Origin: Macrostomum lignano
Lineage: Eukaryota
Reading direction: 5' to 3'
Length of the DNA: 64,000 bases
Assembly: GCA_002269645.1 (NCBI GenBank)
Contig: NIVC01000031.1
Span: forward strand, 1,178,001-1,242,000
The notes beneath the pieces were generated by a model, which searched no databases, had not been told where the DNA came from, and worked only from the letters and a program-made list of their open reading frames with translations. This document shows positions 25,268 through 35,685 of the stretch, in pieces. Every line of letters starts with the position of its first letter. Position 1 is the stretch's first letter. A program made the position numbers and the translations under genes.

Positions 25268-28200
25268 GTCTGTATGTTCATGCCAGCAGCTAGCTGCAGA
25301 CAGCAAGCACACTCTCCCACTAACACCAGGCCTATTCGAAGCCCGGGCAGCTCTTCAAAAGCAGCAGCATCGCCACCGCAGTCCTCGCGACAGTCGATCA
25401 AAAGATGCTACCGCCACCGCATCCGCCGCGGAGACTCCGATAGACCGAGCGCTGACTGCCGCCTCGGCCAGGCGCCAGCGGGAGCTGGTGAACCCCGGCC
25501 TGTTCGGCCTAGCCGTGTCCGGCTGCCTGGCCAGCCTCTCAGTGTCGCTCGAACCCGGTGACGATTTGAACTGCCGAGACTTGGGCGGCAACTGGCCGCT
25601 GTTCCTGGCCTGCTCCAATGGTCACGTGGATGCTGTTCGGTTGCTGGTTGACTTTCCCGGTGTCCGTTTGGATTTGCGGCATCCCGCGGATGGATCTGGC
25701 GTGCTGCACGCGGCCTGTCGGCAGGGTCACCTGCAGGTTGGCTGGTCATAAACAGCATCTACGCTCTCTAACTTAGAAGTCTTCCCGAATCCCCATTTTA
25801 GACATCTTCCCAGATCCCCAATTCAGACATCTTCCCAGATCCCCGATTTAGACATCTTCCCAGATCCTTAACCTAGACAACTTCCCAGATCCTCAACTTA
25901 GACATCTTCCCATATTTTCTCAACTTAGACATCTTCCCATATTTTCTCAACTTAGAAATCTTCCTAGATCCCCAATTTAAGCATCTTCCCAGCTCCCCAA
26001 CTTAGATATCTTCCCAGCTCCCCAATTTAGGCCCCTTCCCAAATCCCCAGATTAGAAGCATCTTCCCAAATCCCCAGATTAGAAGCATCTTCCGAAATCC
26101 CCAGATTAGAAGCAGCTTCCCAAATCCCCAGATTAGAAGCAGCTTCCCAAATCCCCAGATTAGAAGCAGCTTCCCAAATCCCTAGGTTAAAAACATCTTC
26201 CCAAATCCCACACTTAAAATCATCCCAAATTCTTAAGCTTGGGATTTCAATACTCGTATTCCTACAGAGCCTCAACTAGAACTATTATAAAACTTCATAT
26301 TTGTTCATTTTCCTCATGAGATCCTCACTTCACCACCTGACATTCCAGGTAGTAACAGTCCTGCTGTCACTAGGCAGCGCCGGCAGCGAACCGGAGTCGC
26401 CCCAGCTGCCTCTGGACCAGATTGACCAGCCCAACGATCGCAATGAGCGACCAATCTACCTGGCTGCTAAGCGAGGCTCCCTAAGCCTAGTCCGATACCT
26501 GCTAGCAAATGGCGCGTCTCCGGTCATACCCGAGCCAGCAAGCGGCAATTGTCATCTCTACGACGGCGCCCCATTCGAAGGCGTTCGCTACGCATTGGAA
26601 GCCGCCAGATTCAGTAGATTTGCTCGCCTAGTAACTATAATGAAATCCGCTAAGCCTGTAGAAGAGTTTTCCAGACTGTGGCAGCCAGCTACCGATTGGC
26701 TGTTGGTAGACAGCGCCGGTAGGACCGTCCTGATGGCTGCCGTTGAGCTGGGCTCCGAATCTGTTGTTAACTGTCTATTAGACAGTACAGGCAGTTGCCA
26801 GGCCCCGTCTGATGCGATTAAGCATAGTAACATTATTATTGCTAACGATAATGATTATAGCAACGCTACAGACTCGGAGTTTTTTGCTGATAGCGCCGTG
26901 AATAGTCGAGTCAGTCGATATGTTGATCATTCTATTGAATTAGCCGACTCCAGAGCTTCAATCTGTTTGTTGAGTCGGCAGTGTCGCATGTTCGGCTACA
27001 CCGCTCTGCATTATTGTTGCACGGATTTTCATAGTAATGCTACTAGTAGTAGCAGAAGACGCGTTCTTAAATCAATTTGTCAGGCTAGAATTCGTATAGC
27101 CAGTTCCTTAGTACAACGCGATCCAAGTCTGGCATCAATTGGCGACAAGAACGGCCTGACAGCGCTGCATTTGGCCTGCCAGTTTGGCGACCGCGACATG
27201 GTGCAGATGCTGCTGCAGGTGGCAAAGGTTTGTTTGTTAGTGCTTGCATTATAACAACTGTTTGTTGTGAATAAGCTTGTAGAAAGGTCCCGAACTCGAA
27301 TCCCATGCTCCTTTGGTTAAAATCGACCTTTAACACGCCCCAGTATTGAGAATCATCCTCAAGCCGCCATTAGAGAATCGCCATCTAGTGCCATTAGAGA
27401 ATCGGCCTCTAGTGCCATTAGAAAATCGTCATTTGATGCCATTAGAGAATCGCCATTTGGTGCCATTAGAGAATCGCCATTTGGTGCCATTAGAGAATCG
27501 CCATCTAGTGCCATTAGAGAATCGCCATCTAGTGCCATTAGAGAATCGCCATCTAGATCCATTAGAGAATCGCCATCCAGGGCCATTAGAGAATCGGCCT
27601 CTAGTGCCATTAGAAAATCGTCATTTGATGCCATTAGAGAATCGCCATTTGGTGCCATTAGAGAATCGCCATTTGGTGCCATTAGAGAATCGCCATTTGG
27701 TGCCATTAGAGAATCGCCATCTAGTGCCATTAGAGAATCGCCATCTAGTGCCATTAGAAAATCGTCATTTGATGCCATTAGAGAATCGCCATTTGGTGCC
27801 ATTAGAGAATCGCCATTTGATGCCATTAGAGAATCGCCATTTGGTGCCATTAGAAAATCGTCATTTGATGCCATTAGAAAATCGTCATTTGATGCCATTA
27901 GAGAATCGCCATTTGGTGCCATTAGAGAATCGCCATTTGGTGCCATTAGAGAATCGCCATTTGGTGCCATTAGAGAATCGCCATCTAGTGCCATTAGAAA
28001 ATCGTCATTTGATGCCATTAGAGAATCGCCATTTGGTGCCATTAGAGAATCGCCATTTGGTGCCATTAGAGAATCGCCATTTGGTGCCATTAGAGAATCA
28101 CCGTCTAGTGCCATTAGAGAATCACCATCTAGTGCCACTAGAGTAATCACATCTAGTGCCATTATAGAATCGCCATCTAGTGCCATTAGAGAATCGGCCT

Positions 28201-28721
28201 CTAGTGCCATTAGAGAATCGGCCTTTAGTGCCATTAGAGAATCGCCATCTAGTGCCATTAGAGAATCGCCATCTAGTGCCATTAGAGAATCACCATCTAG
28301 TGCCATTATAGAATCATTATCTAGTGCCATTAGAGAATCGCCATCTAGTGCCATTAGAGAATCGTCATTTGGTGTCATTAGAGAATCGCCCCGCTAATCC
28401 CTAATCTAATGGCATTTCCAGATCGACCCGGACCAGAGGACGCACAATGGCCACCTGCCCGAGGAGCTGACCAATGATCGCAAAATTCGCGACTTAATTC
28501 GCCAACATCGAACTCGCATGGTTCGGTGGGTCTCAGTAGACGAGACGGTGCCCTGCGAGGAGGTCGTGCAACTGCAGCGAGAGCATCAGATGTCGCTAGA
28601 CGGCAGAGTGCTGCACGATAATCCGCAGAGTCACAACAATGAGGCCGACAGTTGGACTGTCGATTTTGTTGCCCTGACAGCAGAATTTCTTAGTTTAAGA
28701 AATCATTTGCAGAAAAATTGA
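17829..28721 (+). CDS. Large ankyrin-repeat protein, 7 coding exons, ~1207 aa
   Basis: Exons 17829-18547 (acceptor at 17711, first in-frame ATG 17829), 19516-19951, 20648-21099, 23668-24062, 25294 (or 25300)-25736, 26349-27227, 28422-28721; total 3624 nt, phases compatible. Ankyrin motifs GRTALHLAA, GFTPLCLAA, GRTALAMAA, GHLQ|VVTVLLSLG, GYTALHY, GLTALHLAC. Q/P-rich N-terminus. True start and the exon-4 donor are uncertain. Confidence 0.75.
18595..19370 (+). repeat. ~29-bp minisatellite with higher-order blocks in ankyrin intron 1
   Basis: Unit CTCAAAATCTCACCACTAGATTTGCCGAT. Confidence 0.9.
20135..20530 (+). repeat. Degenerate ~22-bp minisatellite in ankyrin intron 2
   Basis: Unit ACTGATTAGATGGAGTGACAG(A). 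Confidence 0.85.
21200..23585 (+). repeat. ~21-bp minisatellite (GAGATTAGAGACAAACAGGT family) in ankyrin intron 3, split by a transposon
   Basis: Arrays at ~21200-21692 and 23179-23585 flank the element at 21693-23178. Confidence 0.9.
21693..23178. mobile_element. Non-autonomous Mutator-like (MULE) foldback DNA transposon, 1486 bp
   Basis: Perfect 9-bp direct repeat AAGACAAAC at 21684-21692 and 23179-23187; termini GGG...CCC. Long TIRs (~21693-22046 and ~22696-23178) contain tandem ACGTTTGCCAGCCG units plus ~130 bp of near-perfect unique inverted sequence. No transposase. A 9-bp TSD with long TIRs is the MuDR signature. Confidence 0.85.
24055..25275 (+). repeat. 21-bp GTGAGG-containing minisatellite grading into (CTGT)n in ankyrin intron 4
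   Basis: Unit TGACTGGTGAGGCTGTCTGTC to ~24980, then (CTGT)n. Confidence 0.95.
25790..26225 (+). repeat. Degenerate 24-27-bp minisatellite in ankyrin intron 5
   Basis: Units like CATCTTCCCAGATCCTCAACTTAGA and GCTTCCCAAATCCCCAGATTAGAAGCA. Confidence 0.85.
27345..28390 (+). repeat. 24-bp minisatellite x~43 in ankyrin intron 6
   Basis: Unit GCCATTAGAGAATCGCCATTTGGT. Confidence 0.95.
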
Positions 28722-28829
28722 TTTGTTTTGTTTTACAGATTCCAGTTTTGCTGTTTGCCTTTTAAATTTTATACTCAATAGATTCATTTATCGGATAATT
28801 GAACTCATTTAGGCAATGCGTGGCCATTT

Positions 28830-29390
28830 CAGGTCATATAGGTCATGTGTGACCATCTGAGGTCATATAGGTCATATGTGACCAACTGAGGTCATATAGA
28901 TCATGTGTGACCATCTGAAGTCATGTAGATTATGTGTGACCAACTGAGGTCATATAGGTCATGTGTGACCAACTGAGGTCATATAGGTCATGTGTGACCA
29001 ACTGAGGTCATATAGGTCATGTGTGACCATCTGAGGTCATATAGGTCATGTGTGACCATCTGAGGTCATATAGGTCATGTGTGACCATCTGAGGTCATAT
29101 AGGTCATGTGTGACCATCTGAGGTCATATAGGTCATGTGTGACCAACTGAGGTCATATAGGTCATGTGTGACCATCTAAGGTCATATAGGTCATGTGTGA
29201 CCATCTGAGGTCATATAGGTCATGTGTGACCAACTGAGGTCATATAGGTCATGTGTGACCATCTAAGGTCATATAGGTCATGTGTGACCATCTGAGGTCA
29301 TATAGGTCATGTGTGACCAACTGAGGTCATATAGGTCATGTGTGACCATCTGAGGTCACATAGGTCATGTTTAACTATCAGAGGTCATTT
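28830..29390 (+). repeat. 29-bp minisatellite x~19 downstream of the ankyrin gene
   Basis: Unit GAGGTCATATAGGTCATGTGTGACCATCT. Confidence 0.95.
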
Positions 29391-29969
29391 AGGCGCAGTC
29401 AGGTCAGTAGACTGTGACCCCATGAGGTCAGTAGTTTTTTTTCCTATGTAGTGATTCAATTTTGGCGTTGTCTTTCTCACAAAAGAATTTTTCGCCGTTT
29501 TGCGAATTTACAATTTAATTTCGCGTAATTTATATATTGATTATATAAATGATAAATATGATGTCAAGCTTTAAATGCACTCTGGTGCCTGTTTGTGAAG
29601 AATACTCTTCCAATTTTATACATATGATTATTTCTGTGCACACTATTATAGAAATTCTATTTTTGTACGCTCGTATGTATATTTTTACGAGTATGAATAT
29701 ATCCCAATTGCATTCATTACCATTAAAATACTGACGCCAAATATGACACTATTTTTCTCTAGCGCTAGTTCTTTCGCCATAACAATTTTTCTTTAATTTT
29801 CAGTGATTTCTGTTCATCTAAGAGGTGTGTTGCAAAAGTTTCCTTACTTTTACCTAGTTTTTTGTTCAGTATTCAATACCATTCAATAGATCAGCTGAAT
29901 CTTGGATGTTTCAGTCATTAATAATTGATCACATGCCCTAATGAGCAGATTTACAACCGACAGCTCAAG

Positions 29970-30153
29970 CTGGGTGGGGGGTCGCCACACACAGCCTCAA
30001 TTACCCCAGCTAATGCTGGCACCCATTTTACAGCTGGGTGAACTGAAGCAATGCAGAGTTAATTGTCTTGCTCAAGGACACAAATTGTTCCGAGTGAGTC
30101 TAGAATCGAACCTCTGACCTTCAAGTCGTGAGTCCGAAGCTGTAACCACTAGA
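29970..30153 (-). mobile_element. tRNA-derived CORE-type SINE (family 1), partial copy
   Basis: Reverse complement of most of 36052-36305; B box GGTTCGATTC on the - strand. Confidence 0.8.
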
Positions 30154-30844
30154 GTCGTCTAGAAAAGAAACTTTTGCACACACTTCCTATATATTGTCTG
30201 TCAAGATTTTGATTTATGTAAAGAAATAACAATAAGAATAAGATTACTGCATAACATAAGTATCTTGTCTTTATAATTCCTTTCAAAGTCAATAGACTTA
30301 TAGTGTGTCAGTAGCTAAGGCTAAGGTATTTTTTAAGTGCAGGATAAATAAAGTCACGTGGAAAGAATGGGTCAGTGCATAATTTAGATTGGTGCAACAG
30401 TTGGTCTGTGGTGTGTGCGGCATTCATTTGCTGATAAGGTTGGAACAGTCCACAGAGGCTAAAAAGAAATCTCTAAGAAAGAAATGGAGGAGTGATATAA
30501 TTAATGACTGCGCCTGTGCTTCGAAGCGATAAGCCAAAAGTTCAACTTCTTTATTTCAACAGTTGGCTTATGTTAGTTGTGCAATTCGACATTATCCTTT
30601 GCCTCAGAAAGAATATACTATGTTATTCATCGATGGGTTTAGCTTGGTTAGCTAGACGCCGATTTGAACTGGATCCTGTCTTAGTGGTTGGTCCTCGTGG
30701 CTGTTGGGTATTTTAGTGCAAACATCAGACAGCTATTAGTTAGTGGTTTAGCACTTTTAATATAGTTATAGATAACATAGATAATTGATGTTCAAATGTT
30801 TTATGATAAAATTACTTAGTTGCATATGCATCAAGGCCATGCTT

Positions 30845-33445
30845 GACCCCATAAGTTCAGTAGACTGTGACCCCATAAGGTCAGTAGACTGTGACCCCAT
30901 GAGGTCAGTAGACTGTGACCCCATGAAGTCAGTAGACTGTGACCCCATGAGGTCAGTAGACTGTGACTCCATAAGGTCAGTAGACTGTGACCCCATAAGG
31001 TTAGTAGACTGTGACCCCATGAAGTCAGTAGACTGTGACCCCATGAGGTCAGTAGACTGTTACCCCATGAAGTCAGTAGACTGTGACCCCATGAAGTCAG
31101 TAGACTGTGACCCCATGAGGTCAGTAGATTGTGACCCCATGAGGTCAGTAAACTGTGACCTCATACGGTCAGTAGACTGTGACTCCATAAGGTCAGTAGA
31201 CTGTGACTCCATCATGGTCAGTAGACTGTGACTCCATAAGGTCAGTAGACTGTGACCCCATAAGGTCAGTAGACTGTGACCCCATAATGTCAGTAGACTG
31301 TGACCCCATAAGGTCAGTAGACTGTGACCCCATGAGGTCAGTAGACTGTGACCCCATAAGGTCAGTAGACTGTGACCCCATGAGGTCAGTAGACTGTGAC
31401 CCCATAAGTTCAGTAGACTGTGACCCCACAAGGTCAGTAGATTGTGACCCCATGAGGTCAGTAGACTGTGACCCCATGAAGTCAGTAGACTGTGACCCCA
31501 TGAGGTCAGTAGACTGTGACCCCATAATGTCAGTAGACTGTGACCCCATAAGGTCAGTAGACTGTGACCCCATGAGGTCAGTAGACTGACCCCATAAGGT
31601 CAGTAGACTGTGACCCCATGAGGTCAGTAGACTGACCCCATAAGGTCAGTAGACTGTGACCCCATGAGGTCAGTAGACTGTGACCCCATAAGTTCAGTAG
31701 ACTGTGACCCACAAGGTCAGTAGATTGTGACCCCATGAGGTCAGTAGACTGTGACCCCATGAAGTCAGTAAACTGTGACCCCATAAGGTCAGTAGATTGT
31801 GACCCCATGAGGTCAGTAGACTGTGACCCCATAAGTTCAGTAGACTGTGACCCCATAAGGTCAGTAGACTGTGACCCCATGAGGTCAGTAGACTGTGACC
31901 CCATGAAGTCAGTAGACTGTGACCCCATAAGTTCAGTAGACTGTGACCCCATGAGGTCAGTAGACTGTGACCCCATGAAGTCAGTAGACTGTGACCCCAT
32001 AAGGTCAGTAGACTGTGACCCCATGAGGTCAGTAGACTGTGACTCCATAATTAGGTCAGTAGACTGTGACCCCATGATGTCAGTAGACTGTGACCCCATA
32101 AGGTCAGTAGACTGTGACCCCATGAGGTCAGTAGACTGTGACCCCATAAGTTCAGTAGACTGTGACCCCACAAGGTCAGTAGATTGTGACCCCATGAGGT
32201 CAGTAGACTGTGACCCCATGAAGTCAGTAAACTGTGACCCCATAAGGTCAGTAGATTGTGACCCCATGAGGTCAGTAGACTGTGACCCCATAAGTTCAGT
32301 AGACTGTGACCCCATGAAGTCAGTAGACTGTGACCCCATGAGGTCAGTAGACTGTGACCCCATGAAGTCAGTAGACTGTGACCCCATAAGGTCAGTAGAC
32401 TGTGACCCCATGAGGTCAGTAGACTGTGACCCCATGAAGTCAGTAGACTGTGACCCCATAAGGTCAGTAGACTGTGACCCCATGAGGTCAGTAGACTGTG
32501 ACTCCATAATTAGGTCAGTAGACTGTGACCCCATGATGTCAGTAGACTGTGACCCCATAAGGTCAGTAGACTGTGACCCCATGAGGTCAGTAGACTGTGA
32601 CCCCATAAGTTCAGTAGACTGTGACGCCACAAGGTCAGTAGATTGTGACCCCATGAGGTCAGTAGACTGTGACCCCATGAAGTCAGTAAACTGTGACCCC
32701 ATAAGGTCAGTAGATTGTGACCCCATGAGGTCAGTAGACTGTGACCCCATAAGTTCAGTAGACTGTGACCCCATAAGGTCAGTAGACTGTGACCCCATGA
32801 GGTCAGTAGACTGTGACCCCATGAAGTCAGTAGACTGTGACCCCATAAGGTCAGTAGACTGTGACCCCATGAGGTCAGTAGACTGTGACCCCATGAAGTC
32901 AGTAAACTGTGACCCCATAAGGTCAGTAGACTGTGACCCCATGAGGTCAGTAGACTGTGACCCCATGAAGTCAGTAGACTGTGACCCCATAAGGTCAGTA
33001 GACTGTGACCCCATGAGGTCAGTAGACTGTGACCCCATAAGGTCAGTAGACTGTGACCCCATGAGGTCAGTAGACTGTGACCCCATAAGGTCAGTAGACT
33101 GTGACCCCATGAAGTCAGTAGACTGTGACCCCATAAGGTCAGTAGACTGTGACCCCATGAGGTCAGTAGACTGTGACCCCATAAGGTCAGTAGACTGTGA
33201 CCCCATGAGGTCAGTAGACTGTGACCCCATAAGGTCAGTAGACTGTGACCCCATGAGGTCAGTAGACTGTTACCCCATGAAGTCAGTAGACTGTGACCCC
33301 ATGAGGTCAGTAGACTGTGACCCCATAAGGTCAGTAGACTGTGACCCCATGAAGTCAGTAGACTGTGACCCCATGAAGTCAGTAGACTGTGACCCCATGA
33401 GGTCAGTAGACTGTGACCCCATGAGGTCAGTAGACTGTGACCCCA
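30845..33445 (+). repeat. 24-bp minisatellite, ~108 copies, with ~459-bp higher-order duplication, upstream of RAB5IF
   Basis: Unit AGGTCAGTAGACTGTGACCCCAT(G/A). The 27-bp variant GACTCCATAATTAGG recurs at 32041 and 32500. Confidence 0.95.
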
Positions 33446-33509
33446 TACTGTCACTTATCTACTGTAAATATCGTTATTACAAATTGATGCTCGCAACAGA
33501 ACCAGCAGC

Positions 33510-33968
33510 ATGGCATCAACCAGACACCGAGGCGGAGGCGCCAACGCGTCTTTTAACGACTCTGGCACCACCAGTCCAGACTCTGCCGCTAAGAAGCCCA
33601 GCTTATCGGAGACCTTTGCTCGCTCCCTCCGTCCCAAAGCCGATTGGAGTAGCAAGGACGAGCTGTTAGATGTGGTCTATTGGCAGAGACAGTTGCTGTC
33701 AGCTGTGCTAGGCCTTGTCTGGGGTCTGCTACCATTGAAAGGTATCGTAGGATTGGGCCTGTTCTTCTTGATCAACTGCGCCGCTGTGTACGCCTACACC
33801 TGCTTATTCCAAGGCGTTGACGAGGAAGAGTATGGCGGAATGGGAGAAATACTCAAGGAAGGCTTGATGACTTCGTTTGCTTCATTCCTGGTGCTGTGGA
33901 TTATCGTGTACGATCACTGTCACGCCGGAGACGGCTCGGGTTTGAGTGGCGTTGAATCTGGAATTTAA
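33510..33968 (+). CDS. RAB5IF: RAB5-interacting factor / C20orf24 (OPTI, EMC6-like) homolog, intronless, 152 aa
   Basis: WSSKDELLDVVYWQRQLLSAVLGLVWGLLPLKG and DEEEYGG..EILKEGLMTSFASF match the RAB5IF signature. AATAAA at 34122. Confidence 0.92.
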   Translation: MASTRHRGGGANASFNDSGTTSPDSAAKKPSLSETFARSLRPKADWSSKDELLDVVYWQRQLLSAVLGLVWGLLPLKGIVGLGLFFLINCAAVYAYTCLFQGVDEEEYGGMGEILKEGLMTSFASFLVLWIIVYDHCHAGDGSGLSGVESGI

Positions 33969-34191
33969 GATTCGCGCGTGAACTTGGCAGTTAAAATTGT
34001 TTACCCTCTACTACTAGTCTATATGGGACTAGCTTTGCAGACTGTTCTGTTGATGTTATTCTAAAATATGGCTGTATTAATTCAGGTGTCGAATTTTTGC
34101 TTACTAGCTAAGTATAATACTAATAAATCGTTTTTTTTTGTTTTTTAGACCTAATCTATGGCTCAAACCTATTAGTTATAGACCAGCCGTA

Positions 34192-34634
34192 GGCCCGTAG
34201 CCCAGTGGTCAAGCGCGGCGCTCCCAGTGGCCTAGGCTCGATTCCAAGTGCAGTCACATTAATTTGGGGCTCAATTGAAATCTCGGCTTGGCTCTGCTCG
34301 TGCAATTAACGTTCTTGAGGGCCAACCCACAAGGCACAGTGAAGTGTACATGCCTAACAATGAAGTGAGTGTGTGCCTGTGCGTATGACTGCGTACGTAT
34401 CCGCGCGCCTGTGTGCCTGCTCAGGGGACTCGGCAGAATGAGCACTAATATCCCTCTCGCCGGTTGTGTGACAAGGGGGGTTTGTCTGGAAGTGAGAATT
34501 CATGGTAATGGCCATACATAGACACGAGCGGCGACAGCCTTACGAGTAACGTAAATTACCATAGAAATTTTGAACAATGTCGCTTAAAGTGCGTGCGCCA
34601 GGGTGCACGTAGCCCCCGCCTCTAGCTAAAAAAG
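34192..34634 (+). mobile_element. tRNA-derived SINE (family 2)
   Basis: A-box-like TAGCCCAGTGG, B-box-like GGCTCGATTCC and an A-rich end. Dispersed copies at 39433-39792 (-) and 51308-51410 (-, fragment). Confidence 0.75.
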
Positions 34635-35659
34635 CGTGTAATGTCGAATATTAAATTCGGGATTGAGACATAGACATCATGCAAATGAAAACTTTGATGG
34701 ACAAAAGCAATGCCATTGTTTGCTATGTTCCTTCCGTTTCGAGTATTTTAAGGCAACTAATAATTATAATGAACAGCTTGTGTGAAGTTGTTTTGTTGCT
34801 GAAAGAGTGAAAAATTTTCAAAACTACAGTAATATATGCTGGTCATAAACTTTTATACAATCATGGCCAGGTGGTTATTAATTATCGGTGTCATTCATGT
34901 GTCATCCGTTGCTTCTATTGCGTTAATCTATAATGATATCTTTGAGAAATGTTAATTCATTACTTTGATTAAATGCGTGTTAGTAACGTATTTTTATATT
35001 ATTAGTAAAATATATAGACGCTACAACCTGCAGTTAAATGTATGCGTATGATATACCAGTATATGTTCCAGATTGCTTTATTTTTCATCTTTGTGACGGC
35101 GCAAAGCGCGCGTTTACTTGTTGAAAACTTTACCGTGATAAGAATCGCTAAAAAAGTCGTTGCAATCAACTTTCTAGGGACTCTTGCGACTCTTGTAAGT
35201 TTTTAACGAGTCAAACAACTGTAGTGAGACGGAGAGGCGACTGTTGCGTCACAGTCGTGTCACTTGAGTTGTAGAATCGTAAAAGAGGCACGTCTCAAAT
35301 ACGACTCTACGGCCCCAGAGTCGTTATACCGTCGCCCCCAGAGTCGTTTTTAGAGTCGCAGACAATTAAACACTTTGACGTCTTTTGGCGTCTTTTACCA
35401 CGAAATCTCGTGTTTTTAGAGTTCGTTAGTCACTAATTTGCCTGTGTAGTGTTACCTAAAACGACTCTGAAACGATCCCCTGTGGCGACGCAAGTGACTG
35501 TGACGCATCTTAGCCTAGAGGTACCGTTTTGATCGGGTTAGTCTGCTAATCGATTGCAATCTGTCAATGACCCATTGACCTGTCACCCTCCTTGATCTCT
35601 CATTAGTATGTTGCAATATTTGCATGGTATGTAAAAGCTCTAACAACTTTTTAAGTACA

Positions 35660-35679
35660 TGTTTGTTTTAACTTTCCAG
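35660..35679 (+). promoter_or_regulatory. 3' splice acceptor 6 nt before the THUMPD3 ATG (candidate SL trans-splice site or 5'UTR intron)
   Basis: TTTGTTTTAACTTTCCAG|CCATCGATG; no upstream donor exon recognised. Confidence 0.5.
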
Positions 35680-35685
35680 CCATCG

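Noticed and set aside
28830-29390. CRISPR-like array (also considered for the 48-, 61- and 94-bp arrays)
   Set aside because: Units are head-to-tail with no unique spacers, there are no cas genes, and the context is eukaryotic.
30766-33669. Long ORFs (MGSQSTDL / RSVDCDP repeats) on both strands
   Set aside because: Translations of the 24-bp array, open in several frames on both strands.
34192-34255. tRNA gene (also 36052-36130)
   Set aside because: A/B boxes are present but no complete cloverleaf; each continues into a dispersed repeat body, so these are SINE heads.
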